Assembly: GCF_018977255.1 (NCBI RefSeq)
Contig: NW_024704742.1
Location: 40,550,001 to 40,614,000, forward strand
DNA: 64,000 nucleotides
Direction: 5' to 3'
DNA from: Callorhinchus milii
Taxonomy: Eukaryota
Position 1 is the stretch's first letter; each line of letters opens with the position of its first letter. The notes below the pieces were generated by a model. That model was not told where the DNA came from and did no database searches. It saw nothing but the letters and a program-made list of their open reading frames with translations. The translations under genes were made by a program, and so were the position numbers. Positions 25,180 through 36,486 of this stretch are shown one piece after another.

Positions 25180-25730
25180 AGTGCTGGGTTTCCACTGAGC
25201 CTCATGCCTTTACAACCCACAACCTCCATTCCTCTCTATGATGCATCAGCTGAAATTCTAATGGGCTTTCCTGACTGCCTGCCAGACTTCAAGTCCTGGA
25301 TGATTTTTAACTTTGTCCAACAATGTCAATAAAAATCCAGCTATCCTGGCTCGGCTCCTAAGGTGCTTTCTCATCTCAGATGCTTACTATATCAACCTAA
25401 TACCAATCTCATGGAGTAGGACAATTTGGGCAATTTGTTTGCTCCTCAACTCTCCTCCAAACTTTTCATCCAAGTCTGACAAAGGTACTGACAAAGGCCT
25501 TACAATGTTAGTTTATCACTAAGCATCTCCTATCTCCACTACCTCACCCCAATGTAACCATAATCTTGAAATCCGTATCCCACCCCATCCTTATCTCCAC
25601 CCTGAACTTTCAGAATCTTTGCTTCTACTTTCTAGAACTCTCTTCTGAAATCCTTCCACCTTAAACCATATCTGTCTCTAACCCCAGCTCAGGTACCCAC
25701 TCAGACATTAAGATGTTCTAAATTGTTGTT
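25180..25730 (+). mobile_element. Old degraded L2 fragment
   Basis: DCLPDFKSWM..NF.Q resembles L2 ORF2 (CL.DI.SWM..NFLQLN); C-rich; degraded L2 terminus near 25700-25730. Confidence 0.55.
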
Positions 25731-25736
25731 CTATAC

Positions 25737-26750
25737 CTTAACGTTAGCAGTTTGTTTTAAGATCTCTCACTTTTTTTCATGTTTGTGATTCCAGTTGTAT
25801 TCAATGATCTTCCCTTGTTGTTTTGTGAATGGTGCTAATATTTTTTAAGTGATTTGTTCCAAAGTTACCGATGTAATTGTCCATGCCTCAGAGTCACTGT
25901 CATGTCTTTCCTGCCCTGTGAATGTGATGTATTATCAATACATTGTCAGGTGAAATGTCTTAAACTGTGAGGATGTCACCCACTAATGAATGGCTCATTT
26001 CCTCCATCTGACATTTCTTCTTAGTAAGTATCACATTGGCTTTTGTATTACAGTATTTAGTTATTTTTGCACCAATTTGTTGCAAAACTGTCTCCCAAAG
26101 GCTGGGTAACTCTGAATCAGGCTGTGCTGTTTTCCAAAGAATGTGATTTTTTTGCATCTCCCTTATCTTTGAACTAGCGGCATTTCCATTTTCTCACCTG
26201 ACTCATATTTTTATTATTGCACATCTCCTTGTCTTGGTGTTTTTATTATTGCTGTATATTTTGTGGTTTTGTCTAATGTCAGGCCTTACTGTCTAAGCGG
26301 CCCTTCTCTCTGTATTATCAGACAATCCATAAATCATTCCATCCTTGAGGAGTGAGTCTGTCAGCTCACCAACTTTTTAAGTACTGCTGCGTGTTCTTAT
26401 TTTCATTACGTACTAATGTAAGTTTTCCTCAGTTGTCTGCATTCACATTTTGTACAGCAATGCAGCAACTCTCAACATATTCGTTATCACAGACAGCACC
26501 AAGGTTTCACTTTTCTCTCATTTGAAACCATTATAGATATCTCGGGGTTCCTTTCCCTTGATAACATGCAGGGAAATGGAGGTTTTCATCTGCTTCAATA
26601 ATGTCAATGGCCATTAAGTAGATTTCCATTTTCAATTTTCCTCTGAGATTTCCATCCCATTGAAGGCCAGGTATGGAATGCAATTCACCCTTTTCAATTT
26701 TCTTTTAAAGCGGAGATTTTCACTTCAATGCTGCATAAATCTGTTTCGAT
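25737..26750 (-). pseudogene. Large decayed exon (1014 nt) of the minus-strand gene
   Basis: aaatttag|ATCGAA...GTTAAG|gtatag; repeat-free and strongly A-rich on the minus strand; long partial frames (e.g. MQKNHILWKTAQPDSELPSLWETVLQQIG) broken by stops and frameshifts. Confidence 0.45.
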
Positions 26751-26794
26751 CTAAATTTCCCCCAAGTTAGCAGATAGTGACTATTCACTATTTT

Positions 26795-27025
26795 GTGTTT
26801 CCTTACTCTACATGAATAATAATAATCCCTCCAAAACAAAAAAATAATAAATTGGTCATTTTCAATCCACGACTCTTCTGGGACACTGCTGTGCTCAATT
26901 GGCCGCCGCGTTTCACCCACAAATATACGGTCAATTCACTTTACAGCATATTCTGTGAAGAGTTTTGAGACGTCTGGAAGACATGAAAAGCACTATATCA
27001 AATGCAAGGATTATTATATTATTAT
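26795..27025 (+). mobile_element. 5'-truncated tRNA-Deu SINE
   Basis: TTTCCTTACTC...AATTGGCCGCCGCG...ATCAAATGCAAGGATTATT. Confidence 0.9.
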
Positions 27026-27166
27026 TCACCTGTGGCGTGGTGGTGGAGGGGTGGTGGGGGGGGGGGAGGGGGTTGTAAGCAGGGTCTCTTTGGAGTTGTG
27101 CTGGTTCCAAGGTGACATGTTTGGCAAAGGAATGTCAGAACCAAGTCAACCTTCTGTGGTGGTCTC

Positions 27167-28240
27167 AATCATAGAATCATAAAATTATACAGCACAGAAA
27201 GAGGCCATTCAGCCCATGTGTCTGTACCAGCACTTTGAAAAGAGCTATCCAAATCAATCCCACTCCCCCGCTCCCTCCCCATAGCCTTGCAAACTTGTCC
27301 TCCCCAAATAATTATTTACTTCTCTTTAAAAGTTGTTATTGAATCGGCTTCCACCACCCTTTCAGGCAATGCATTCCAGATCCCAACAACTCGCTGTGTG
27401 AAAATTTTTTTCCTCACCTCCCCTCTGTTTCTTTTAACAACTATTTTAAATTGGTGTCCTCAGGTTACTGACTCACCTGGCAGTGGAAATCGTTTCTCCT
27501 TGTTCACCCTATTGAATCCCCTCATAATTTTGAAAACTTCTATTAAATCTCCTCTTAACCTTCTCTGTTCCAAGGAGAATAATCCTAGTTTCTCTAGCCT
27601 CTCCTGATAACTGAAATCCCTCATTCCTGGTACCATCCTGGTACATCTCCTTTGCATCCTCCCCAATGCCTTGACATCCTCCCTAAGGTGTTGTACTCAG
27701 AGCTGAACACAGTACTCTCGCTGAGGCCTAATCAGTGTTTTATAAAGGTTCATCATAACTTCCTGACTTTTGTATTCTATGCCCCTGTTTATAAAGTCTA
27801 GTATCCCTTATGCTTTTTAACAGCTTTATATACCTGTCCTGCCACCTTCAAGTATTTACTTATATGAGCCCCCAGGTCTCTCTGTTCCTTCAACCCCTTT
27901 AAGATTGTACCATCTTACCAATTTACCATTTTACTATGTCTATGTCCATTTGCAGTCTGTTACTATCCTCCTCACTGTTTACTACTTTTCCTAGCTTAGT
28001 ATAATTTGCAAACTTGGAAATTGTACTCACTATACCCACGTCCAGGTCATTTATATAGATCAAAAACAGCAGCGGTCCCTATACTGACTCCTGGGGGACT
28101 CCACTGCACACTTCCCTCCAGTCAGAAAAACAACCGTTCACCACCACTTTCTGCTTTCTACCTCCCATCCAGTTCTGTATCCTTGCTGTCATTGTTCTTT
28201 TAATACTGTGGGCTTCTATTTTGCTTACAAGAATGCCACA
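27167..28240 (-). mobile_element. 5'-truncated CR1 LINE
   Basis: MQRRCTRMVPGMRDFSYQERLEKLGLFSLEQRRLRGDLIEVFKIMRGF; GVPQESV.G RT-motif remnant at ~28075-28105; CR1 tail at 27167-27215. Confidence 0.95.
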
Positions 28241-28253
28241 TAAATTCTGCTTT

Positions 28254-28579
28254 GTGGAGTTTGTAGCTCAGTGGTTAGAGCACTCGCTTTGCAAGCGAGA
28301 GACCTGAGTTCAATTCCAGGCAGAGGGCGAAACCTTGGGCAAGTTTCCTTACTCCACACACCTAATAATAATCCCTCCAAAACCAAAAACAACAATAAAA
28401 TTGGTCATTTTCAATCTACGATTGTTTGTGGGACATTGCTGTGCGCAATTGGCTGCCGCGTTCGCCCACAAATATACAGTCAATTCACTTTACAGTGTGT
28501 TCTGTGAAGTACTTTGGGACATCCTCCCGACGTGAAAAGCGCTATATCAAATGCAAGGATTATTATTATTATTATTATT
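28254..28579 (+). mobile_element. Full-length tRNA-headed Deu-type SINE
   Basis: Same structure as 16173-16500, with (TTA)n tail. Confidence 0.95.
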
Positions 28580-30026
28580 GTCCAGCTGGGACCATCCTAT
28601 CCGTTCGTCCTTTGGCTTGCAGGGTTAAAAGGAGCTGAGTGGGAGGATTCTCTGCCCCAATGACTGGTCTGCCTTCATCCAGCTCATCAGCCAGAATTAA
28701 TTTATTTGAAGTGAGCGTTGTTACGGAGCTGAAAGTAGCAGTTAATTTGCACCAGCAGTGTTGAAGAAAATGAGCTGCCAATTATTTGACTGTGGAGATT
28801 ATTTGGATGAGGATGGAATAAAAACTAGGATAACTGGGAGAAAAATATTTCTTTGATATCACAGTGGTAGGATCCTAACACCACAGAATTACAAGGCAGA
28901 AGGAGCCTAAATTAACAACTCAATCAAAAAATAAATGATGACGGAGGAGTCAATAAATAAGACATAATTCACCTGTGTTTGATACTGAATTTTATTATGG
29001 CTCCGCCATTGTCAAGTGTTCTGAGACACTACCCTGCATGAGGGATGCTGTATACACACAAGTTGTTGTTGTTATGTATTCAAACATAAAAGTACCAATA
29101 TTTACACTGATGTGCGCAATTAGCTGCTGCATTTTGCCCACAAGATGTACAGTCAATTCACTTTGCAGTATATTCTGTGAAACATTTTGAGACATCTCAA
29201 AGTAATAAGGCACTATATCAAATACAAGGATTATTATTACTTGTGGGTTATACTTTATTCTTGTTCTTGATAAGTACCATTAGAGGGAGCTGTCTACTAC
29301 TGCAACTAGCTACAACAGGAGGAGTGGCAGACCTGAATGGATCTTTTTCTGCACTATTTGTTCTTTCAAAGAGGCAGAATGTTTTTTTTTAATTTGATGG
29401 TGTGTGAGAATTTTGTTTTGCTTTTAAGAGGCAGCACCTTAATGTATCTTTCTGTCACCAGAGTACAGTATAATCACAAGTTATCTTATTTAATCACTTA
29501 TGGTATTTTTTATGAAATCTCCAGGGTTATCTTCCTCTGTTAGGATTTTATCGATTGCCCCTGTATTTTAGCCGCAGCACTAAACAATGCTTTTCATTGG
29601 CTGCTCAGCAGTCAATATCTGTCTTTGGTAAATGTAAAATATTTGTGTTGACATGTATTTGGGTCCGAAACACTGACTGTCCAGCACCTTGGGATGTCCT
29701 CCCGATGTGAAAGGCGCTATTCAAATGTAATTTTGTTTTCTTGTGTTTGTGAGATAGTAAACTGAAATAACAATAGGAATTAAATATTGATAAATGCTTA
29801 CATGTGTTAATTTGGCATCAAATCATTAGCAGAAAATGAAAATGAGATTGCTGTTTTATGCTTAAGATAATTTGACTTTGCAACATATGCTTTCTATATT
29901 ACTATGAAAGGTCAGAAATGACCTTTTGTGTTATATCCTTATAGTGAAAAATGTAGTTTGTGATCATTATCACCAGCATAGATCTCAATATTGCAGCACT
30001 GGCTTAGAGAATATGATCTTAATTTA

Positions 30027-30540
30027 AATTTAAAAGTCTACCTACATATCTAATAAAATATGTTTTATTTAAACATCTGTTTGCATATTTAAAAAGGATT
30101 AGAGGGGGGTATTTTTGATAAGCCGGGTGTCTTAGACATGCAAAAACTCTTCACCATGCTTCAGAGTATCCAAACTAGACTGAAGTAAACATATGTATAC
30201 CACCTACACATGGAAATTTCCCTGTGTGAAATGGAATCTGCAATCTCTCCACATAGGGACACACCTTGCTGATGTAATTCTGAGGAGGTAATAATCCTTG
30301 CATTCGATATAGAGCCTTATCACGTCATCAAGGCTTCAAAGAATATTCCTTAAAGTAATGTAAGTTGGCAAAAGCCTAGACTTGGGGACTTGGGGACTAG
30401 CTTGGATACTCTGAAGCATGGTGATGAGTTTCTGCGAGTATAAGACACCCGACTTATCAAAAACACTCTCTCCAATTTTTTTAAATATGCAAACTGATGT
30501 TTAAATAAAAATATTAGATATGTAGATAGACTTTTAAATT
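30027..30540. repeat. Inverted duplication (arms 30027-30178 and 30397-30540)
   Basis: AATTTAAAAGTCTA...CACCATGCTTCAGAGTATCCAA mirrored by TTGGATACTCTGAAGCATGGTGA...TAGACTTTTAAATT. Confidence 0.9.
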
Positions 30541-30599
30541 GTGTGTGTTGTACTACTGGAGTTTAAAATCGCATGGCTTACCATTGAGAACACTTGGCT

Positions 30600-30965
30600 T
30601 GCAGATCGATCCTCGTCCACACTTTTAAATCTCGCCACGGTATTGGCCAACCCTATCTCTGTGACTTTCTTAAACCGTACCAACCTACCCACTCCCTCCA
30701 CTCCACCAGCATTGGCCTGCTTCACATCCTCTAGCCTGCCTGCCCTACCATTGGCGGTTGGGCTTTCAGCCATTCTGGAGTTCCTTGCTTCCTTTAAGGT
30801 CAGTCTGAAGACCTTTTTTGACTGGGCCTTTAGTCATCCTTCCCCCTATACTCCAGTCCTCCTTGGCCCCCACCCCTCCTGAATCCAGCCCCCAGCTTGG
30901 GAGCAAACCCTTGACATCCTCCCAATGTGAAAGCATTATCTATATAAATGTAATTTGTTGTTGTT
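30600..30965 (+). mobile_element. L2 3' fragment
   Basis: LASFKVSLKTFFD..., L2 terminus and (GTT)n tail. Confidence 0.85.
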
Positions 30966-31229
30966 ATTGTTAACAGGAGCCCGTTGGGAGGACCCCATAC
31001 CCTCGTGATATTTCATCATAACATCTTAATCATTCGTTAGTGTCTACCAATACAATGGACTTAGTCTGTGCCATCAGCCAGATGTGCTTTATGTAAAATA
31101 ATACAGAAGACAATATTTTTCTTCGTAGCAATTAGTATAATCTGGCTCAAAGCATTTGCATTGCTGCCAATTGAAATTCCATCCGTGAATAAAGATTTAG
31201 GAAGTCAATTTCTATCCCTTACTCTCTGG

Positions 31230-31970
31230 CTCCTTCCCCCTTTTTAAACACTTAACCCTGCACCAACCCTCTCTCTTCTTCAAAATTCTCCTTATTTATC
31301 ATCCTCCCAAATCGCTTGGTTCCTTCATCCTTGACATCTCCTCCCTCCTCTCATCCCTCTGCCTCTGCACTGAACACCTGATCAAAATGGGTGATTTCAA
31401 CCTCCACCTAAACTCCCCTTGCCCCATCTCCTCTGGCTTTGCTGCCTTCCTATCCACACTAAACATTACCCTCCACATAAACTCGCTGACCCTCAACCGT
31501 GGCCACCCTCTCAACCCTGTTATCACTCACGGTCTGTCCATCACAGACAAGGCCATCTCAGACCATTTCCTCATTTCTCTCTCCTCCCGCATCCCCCTCC
31601 CCTCTTCCAATTCCTCCACCATCTTTTTCCGACCTTGGAAAAAGCTTCCACCCTAGTGCCTCATAAACTCTCATAAATTCCCTCATAAACTCTTCCTCAA
31701 ATCTCTTCTCCCACTGGACTTCCACCCGTAGTGAACCTGATGCAGTTATCAAGCTGCTAAACGATCGCCTCTCTGCAACCCTCAACTCCTTTGCCCCCTT
31801 GAAATCCAGATCTGTCTCCAAATCTACCCGCTCCCCCTGGTATAACAGTCACCTTACTCTCCCTTAAAACAAAAACCCGGATGCTCAAGAGCTGATGACA
31901 CAAATCTGGCCTCACAATTCACCGCCAGCTGTGGTTTGAGGACCTCCGCAAATATCGCCTCTCGCTTCTA
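31230..31970 (+). mobile_element. L2 ORF2 AP-endonuclease domain fragment
   Basis: LYHPPK...MGDFNLHL...ISDHFLI contains the GDFN and SDH catalytic motifs of LINE APE domains; downstream PWY motif. Confidence 0.9.
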
Positions 31971-32097
31971 CTTCCTGACTTGACTTTTCAAATGCTCTTT
32001 TCGCAGGTTTCCCCAGCTCACCATGCACAAGGTCTAGCTAATCCCAAACTCTGTCACCCACATACTCACTTGCACTAAACTCCGTACCCCTATCAAC

Positions 32098-32455
32098 AAA
32101 ACAACAATAAGATTACATTTGTAGAGCGCCTTTCTCATCGGGAGGACATCCCAAGGCGCTATCACAACAGGTCTGGCCAGGCTCCACTAGCTCCCTATTG
32201 CAGAATGGGTCGATTTCAGGATCCTCACACTCATTTTCAAATCCTTTCATGCCCGGGCACCTCACTACCTCTCAACCTGCTTCCCCCCAACTCACTACCA
32301 CTTGCCCAACTGGATCCAGCCTTCTGCATGTCCCTCGTGCCCTCCGTTCCACCATTGGTGGCTTCGCTTTCAGCCACTACTCCCCAGAACTCTGGAACAC
32401 TCTTCCTCTATCCCTCCGCCTTGCCCCTTCCTTCCCCCTCTTCAGGTCGCACCTG
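32098..32455. mobile_element. L2 tail (-) adjoining an L2 3' ORF fragment (+)
   Basis: Reverse L2 terminus at 32098-32160; STIGGFAFSHYSPELWNTLPLSLR at 32350-32420. Confidence 0.8.
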
Positions 32456-33483
32456 GGTTGGGGGGTAAGCAAGTCGTAGTACCAACGCAATGTATATTTT
32501 TTTATGTAATATATAATGTATTTTGTTAATCACACGTGCATTTGCCACCACTGGAAAATGGCTAGACGGAGTTACTGAACTCTAAGAGCTAAAAATTCTG
32601 TTTAGTGGTGTGTGTAGATATTCACTGTAGTGCTGTCTCATGGTAATAGTAGTTAGTAGTTTGTGTCTAATAGATGTCTAGTAAGATCCATATTATGTGC
32701 TAAGAAGGTGTAGAGGGAATTGTTTAAAACTGCAGCCAATTCAATTTTCCTGTATATAATACAGCCTTGAATGGACATTTGACTCAAAAGCTTGGTTGTG
32801 ATCCAGCTTTAAAGGATGGGACCAAAGTGTCATGTTATTGTCTGTGAAATACCCATTGATATTTTCAGGGAAATGGCATTGCTTCTCTGTTTCAAAGAAT
32901 CCATCCTTTATTTTCAAATGGAACCAGACTTTACTTCTCATAAAACGTGCAACCACATATTTTATTCTTGTAATTGGAATATTCATTAAAAAAAAGCTCC
33001 TGTAAAAGCAATGTCTTTGGTTGGTTGCGAAGACTGAGAAACGTGAGATTATTGGGTGCCACCGCAAGACAACATCGAAACTCCACCAACCCAACACTTC
33101 AGCTAATAGACACACTTCTATTCATCGTTTGTCTTGAGAACAACAGAGAATCTAAAGCTTAAAACGATTTTAAAACAATGAAAATGCAATGAGATTTTTT
33201 TTTAAAAAAGAGAAGATAGTGAATTCATCGGAAGTGTAAAAGATTATGTCACAAGAAATGTTTGGAATATAGAAGGCACAAAGGACATGATGGGTTAGGG
33301 AGAAATTTTGCAAACTCCATTAATTAAATGTGTTGGACAAAGTCCAAACCAACAGCAGATTGTTAAAGTGATTGAATGTGTAGAGCTTTCACAAAGCCAG
33401 TGTGGACATGATGGGCCAAATAGAACCTGAGACATAGAGCCTGGGTTTTGGCTGTCTTCTATGCTGTAATTTCTATGATACTG

Positions 33484-34864
33484 GAAATCCTATGTACTTG
33501 GGAGGTTTACGTTTGAATTTGGAAAATGCTTTTTCCTCTTGTTTAGTTTGGCAACCGTGTCATTGACTGACAGTAGAAATGCTTCATACTCCAGTCTGTG
33601 ACTGTATGGGATATGCACATGTATGTATAAAAAAGCTGTGTCTACGATATCCTCTTTTCGACATCAGGCCATAAAATTCCCTCTTCAAAGGCAATGGCTG
33701 AGATCTCTCCATTGTCTATGAGGTCATTTACTCATCCACCACAATAATCCTGTCCATCAACCATAATGAAAGTTTTTAACTTGATGGATTATTGCATTTG
33801 TTTCTCAATGTTTCAGTTATGATTGACCCAAATAATATCACTCTCTCCTGAGACATAGAACCTGGCTTATAGTTGAGTTTCATATTTTGGCATTCCTACA
33901 CTCGTCAATTATAATTAAGTACATAAAAGCCACATGTTGTGTATTGAATGGATTTTTTACATCCTAAAGATACAGCCGTTGTAAGTCAAGGAAGTTTTGG
34001 TGGTAGTTAACATAAAATATTTCTTACATCTATGCATCATATTGCCTATTATATATTATTATCATGTCAGAGAGATTCTGGTAGACTCTATCCAGGACAT
34101 TACAGGTTTCATACAATCATGCAAAGTTTATAGCACAGAAAAATACCATCTTTCAACGTCTGTCTCAATACCTATCTCTATGATCGTGCCTTTGATCATT
34201 TCCCCCCTCCCCACTCCTGTCAGCTCCCACCCCTACCTTGGATGCCAAGCCAGGACTATTAAGTACCTTGGGATGTCCTCTTGACATGAAAGGTGTTATA
34301 CAAATGTAAATTTGTATTGCATATGGTTTGTTGTCTGTGCTCGTGCTTGTTTCTTCACTAAAGTTATCTACTCCAATTCCTTAATCCCTACCAAAAATAT
34401 TATTTTTCCTCAAAGTATTCATTCATTTTTCTTTTAAATGCTGTTATGGACGCTGCCAGTTTGGTGTGACTTCCATATCAAGCAGGGCCCATGTTTAGGC
34501 AAATTTAGCTGAAATCTTTGTTCTTGCAAAAGTTTATGTTTCACAATCTGCAATACTTCAACAGGGAAATTACCATTGCAGAGGGAAAACAGGTTACAAC
34601 TTCAGTCTGTTCCACTTCCCTTTATAAAAAAATACAAGATTCCAAATGAATCACTTACATCCAGAAAGGTGGAAGGGCCTCAAGAGGATTTGCTGTTGAA
34701 ATATCGTAGTCACAGCTTTTTTTTATAGATACATGTGCATATCCCATGAATGACAGACTGGAGCTTGAAGCATATCTAGTGTCAGTCAACACAATTGTCA
34801 AACTAAGCAAGACAAAATATGTTTTCCAAATTTAAACATAAACCTCCCAAGTACATAGGGTTTC
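33484..34864. repeat. Inverted duplication (arms 33484-33650 and 34701-34864)
   Basis: CCTATGTACTTGGGAGGTTTA...ATGGGATATGCACATGTAT...AGCTGTGTCTACGATAT mirrored ~1 kb downstream. Confidence 0.9.
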
Positions 34865-36179
34865 ATATTTATCAAATAATTGTCAAATTTTCTTTCAAAA
34901 CTATTATGGATTCTGCTTCAACTTCTAACCTCACCATTAGTTTTTTTGGGTAGTCTTAAACTTGTGCTCTGTGGTTACCAATTCACTGACTAATAGAAAA
35001 GATTTCTCCTTTTTACCTTATCAAAAAATCTCATAATTGAGACCACCTTATCACCCCTACGATGTTTCCTGTCAACCTTCTTTGTTCCAATGAGAACAGT
35101 TCCAGTTTCCCTAGTTTTTCTTTCCTGTCCTTCATTAGTCTGCTTTTGTTTTTGCCTTTTCCACATTAGCAAGCCTTGTTGTCTCAATAATATTGGCAAA
35201 GGATGTAGGTGTGTGGGGGGGGGCAACAATTTGTGCCAATTTTGTGGCTTGGTTCTGTGCCAGTTGTTTAAAAGTTAAATGTTACATTTTCTGCAATTTA
35301 TATTTCTTGCACTTGTTTTGCGTTTGTGATATTTAATGAATTTAGTGAAATACTCCATTTACAATTATTTAATTTAAAATTATCCCGACAGAGTAAAATA
35401 AAAGCTTCCCAAGCAGTGCATGTGCTTCCCTGCGCTCCATTTGTTTTAAATCAACTAGGTGCAGTGCGGGGAATAAAGAGATTATTTGCTCAGGAGTTGT
35501 GCAGGAATTTTTTATAACTAGATGTAAACAGCATGAGATGTCTGTCGATACTAGCCCAGTCTTGCGGTGATCTCATGTTAATAGCAATTTTGCAAGTCAG
35601 CCTGTTGGAGGCAAAGGTTTCCTGCTCACAAAATCTGCATCTCTTCATCAGGGGGGAAAGAAAGGAAATCTGGGCAGATGGTTCCAGTCTTTCAGATTTC
35701 TCCCAGTCTGGCTTATTCTACAGACTTGTACCTTGATTCGGCTACACTTGGCAATGAGAAGCATTTGTAGAAAATCTAGTTACTGGTACAAGATTTGTGT
35801 ATATCAACTTTACTCCAGGTAAGGATTTATAATTCTGTCCATTCCTGTAAAACGATTCAATCTTGTAAACATGCCAAAGTATATTTAGCAGTTTAGGAGT
35901 TTCATGGTGGTCAATAGTTCCTGCAATAGTCATTGGAAAGTTTACTTTACAGTAAAACATTGTGAATAATAAGAAAATGTAGTATGTGGTGGTTTGTTAG
36001 CACTCTTTTGTTTAGGACCTGTACGTTTAATTTTGAAATTAAAATGTTAGTACTGTAGTGATTTTCTCTAAATGTACAACACTCCAGTTATTCAACAGAG
36101 TAGCATATGTAATTGAAAATAGTTTCAGAAGTAATCTGTGAGGCATTTACATTTGTTTCTACAGACTGGGTCACTTTAC

Positions 36180-36486
36180 CTGACTGCATTTTAGTCATTG
36201 CAAATTCAAATCCAGTTAGTTTCCACAGCAGCACAGTTCTGATAGTTCTGTTCTCTGCAAATGCACATAGTACAGAGAGCTCTGTAACAAGTCCACAATT
36301 AAGGTTCAAGGGCAGCTCAGGATTTTCTCTGTGCTGCAATTTAACTTGAGAAGTAACTCCAAAATCAGTGCTTAGGTGGCTCATTTTTTTGCTCATTATA
36401 TCCTCACTTTCAGCTGCAACTTTACCATGCGTTCTCAGATGGGAGGACAGGAAAGACTGGAGTGTGGAACCATCATCAATGTTGTA
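36180..36486 (-). pseudogene. Open 307-nt candidate exon of the minus-strand gene
   Basis: ctgttacag|TACAAC...CAGTCAG|gtaaag; 102 stop-free codons; phase 1 matches the next acceptor ttgcag|GAACT at 35920. Confidence 0.55.

Larger units (their letters stand above)
1492..36486 (-). pseudogene. Decayed multi-exon gene of unknown identity (large A-rich exons, likely disordered protein)
   Basis: Candidate minus-strand exons, some with only one boundary resolved: 36486-36180 (open, YNIDDGSTLQSF...TKMQS, phase 0>1) joins 35920-~35286 (GTIDHHETPKLL..., two in-frame TAGs); 32999-~32550; 26750-25737; 14778-14606; ~12060-11404; 11360-~10836; 6534-6494; ~4730-4270; 3485-3325 (open, phase 0>2) joins 1611-1492 (WQIVKHSPDILKEKEEERIAE..., internal TAG). 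Plus-strand ORFs over these segments read like antisense shadows (S/F/L-rich). Confidence 0.5.
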
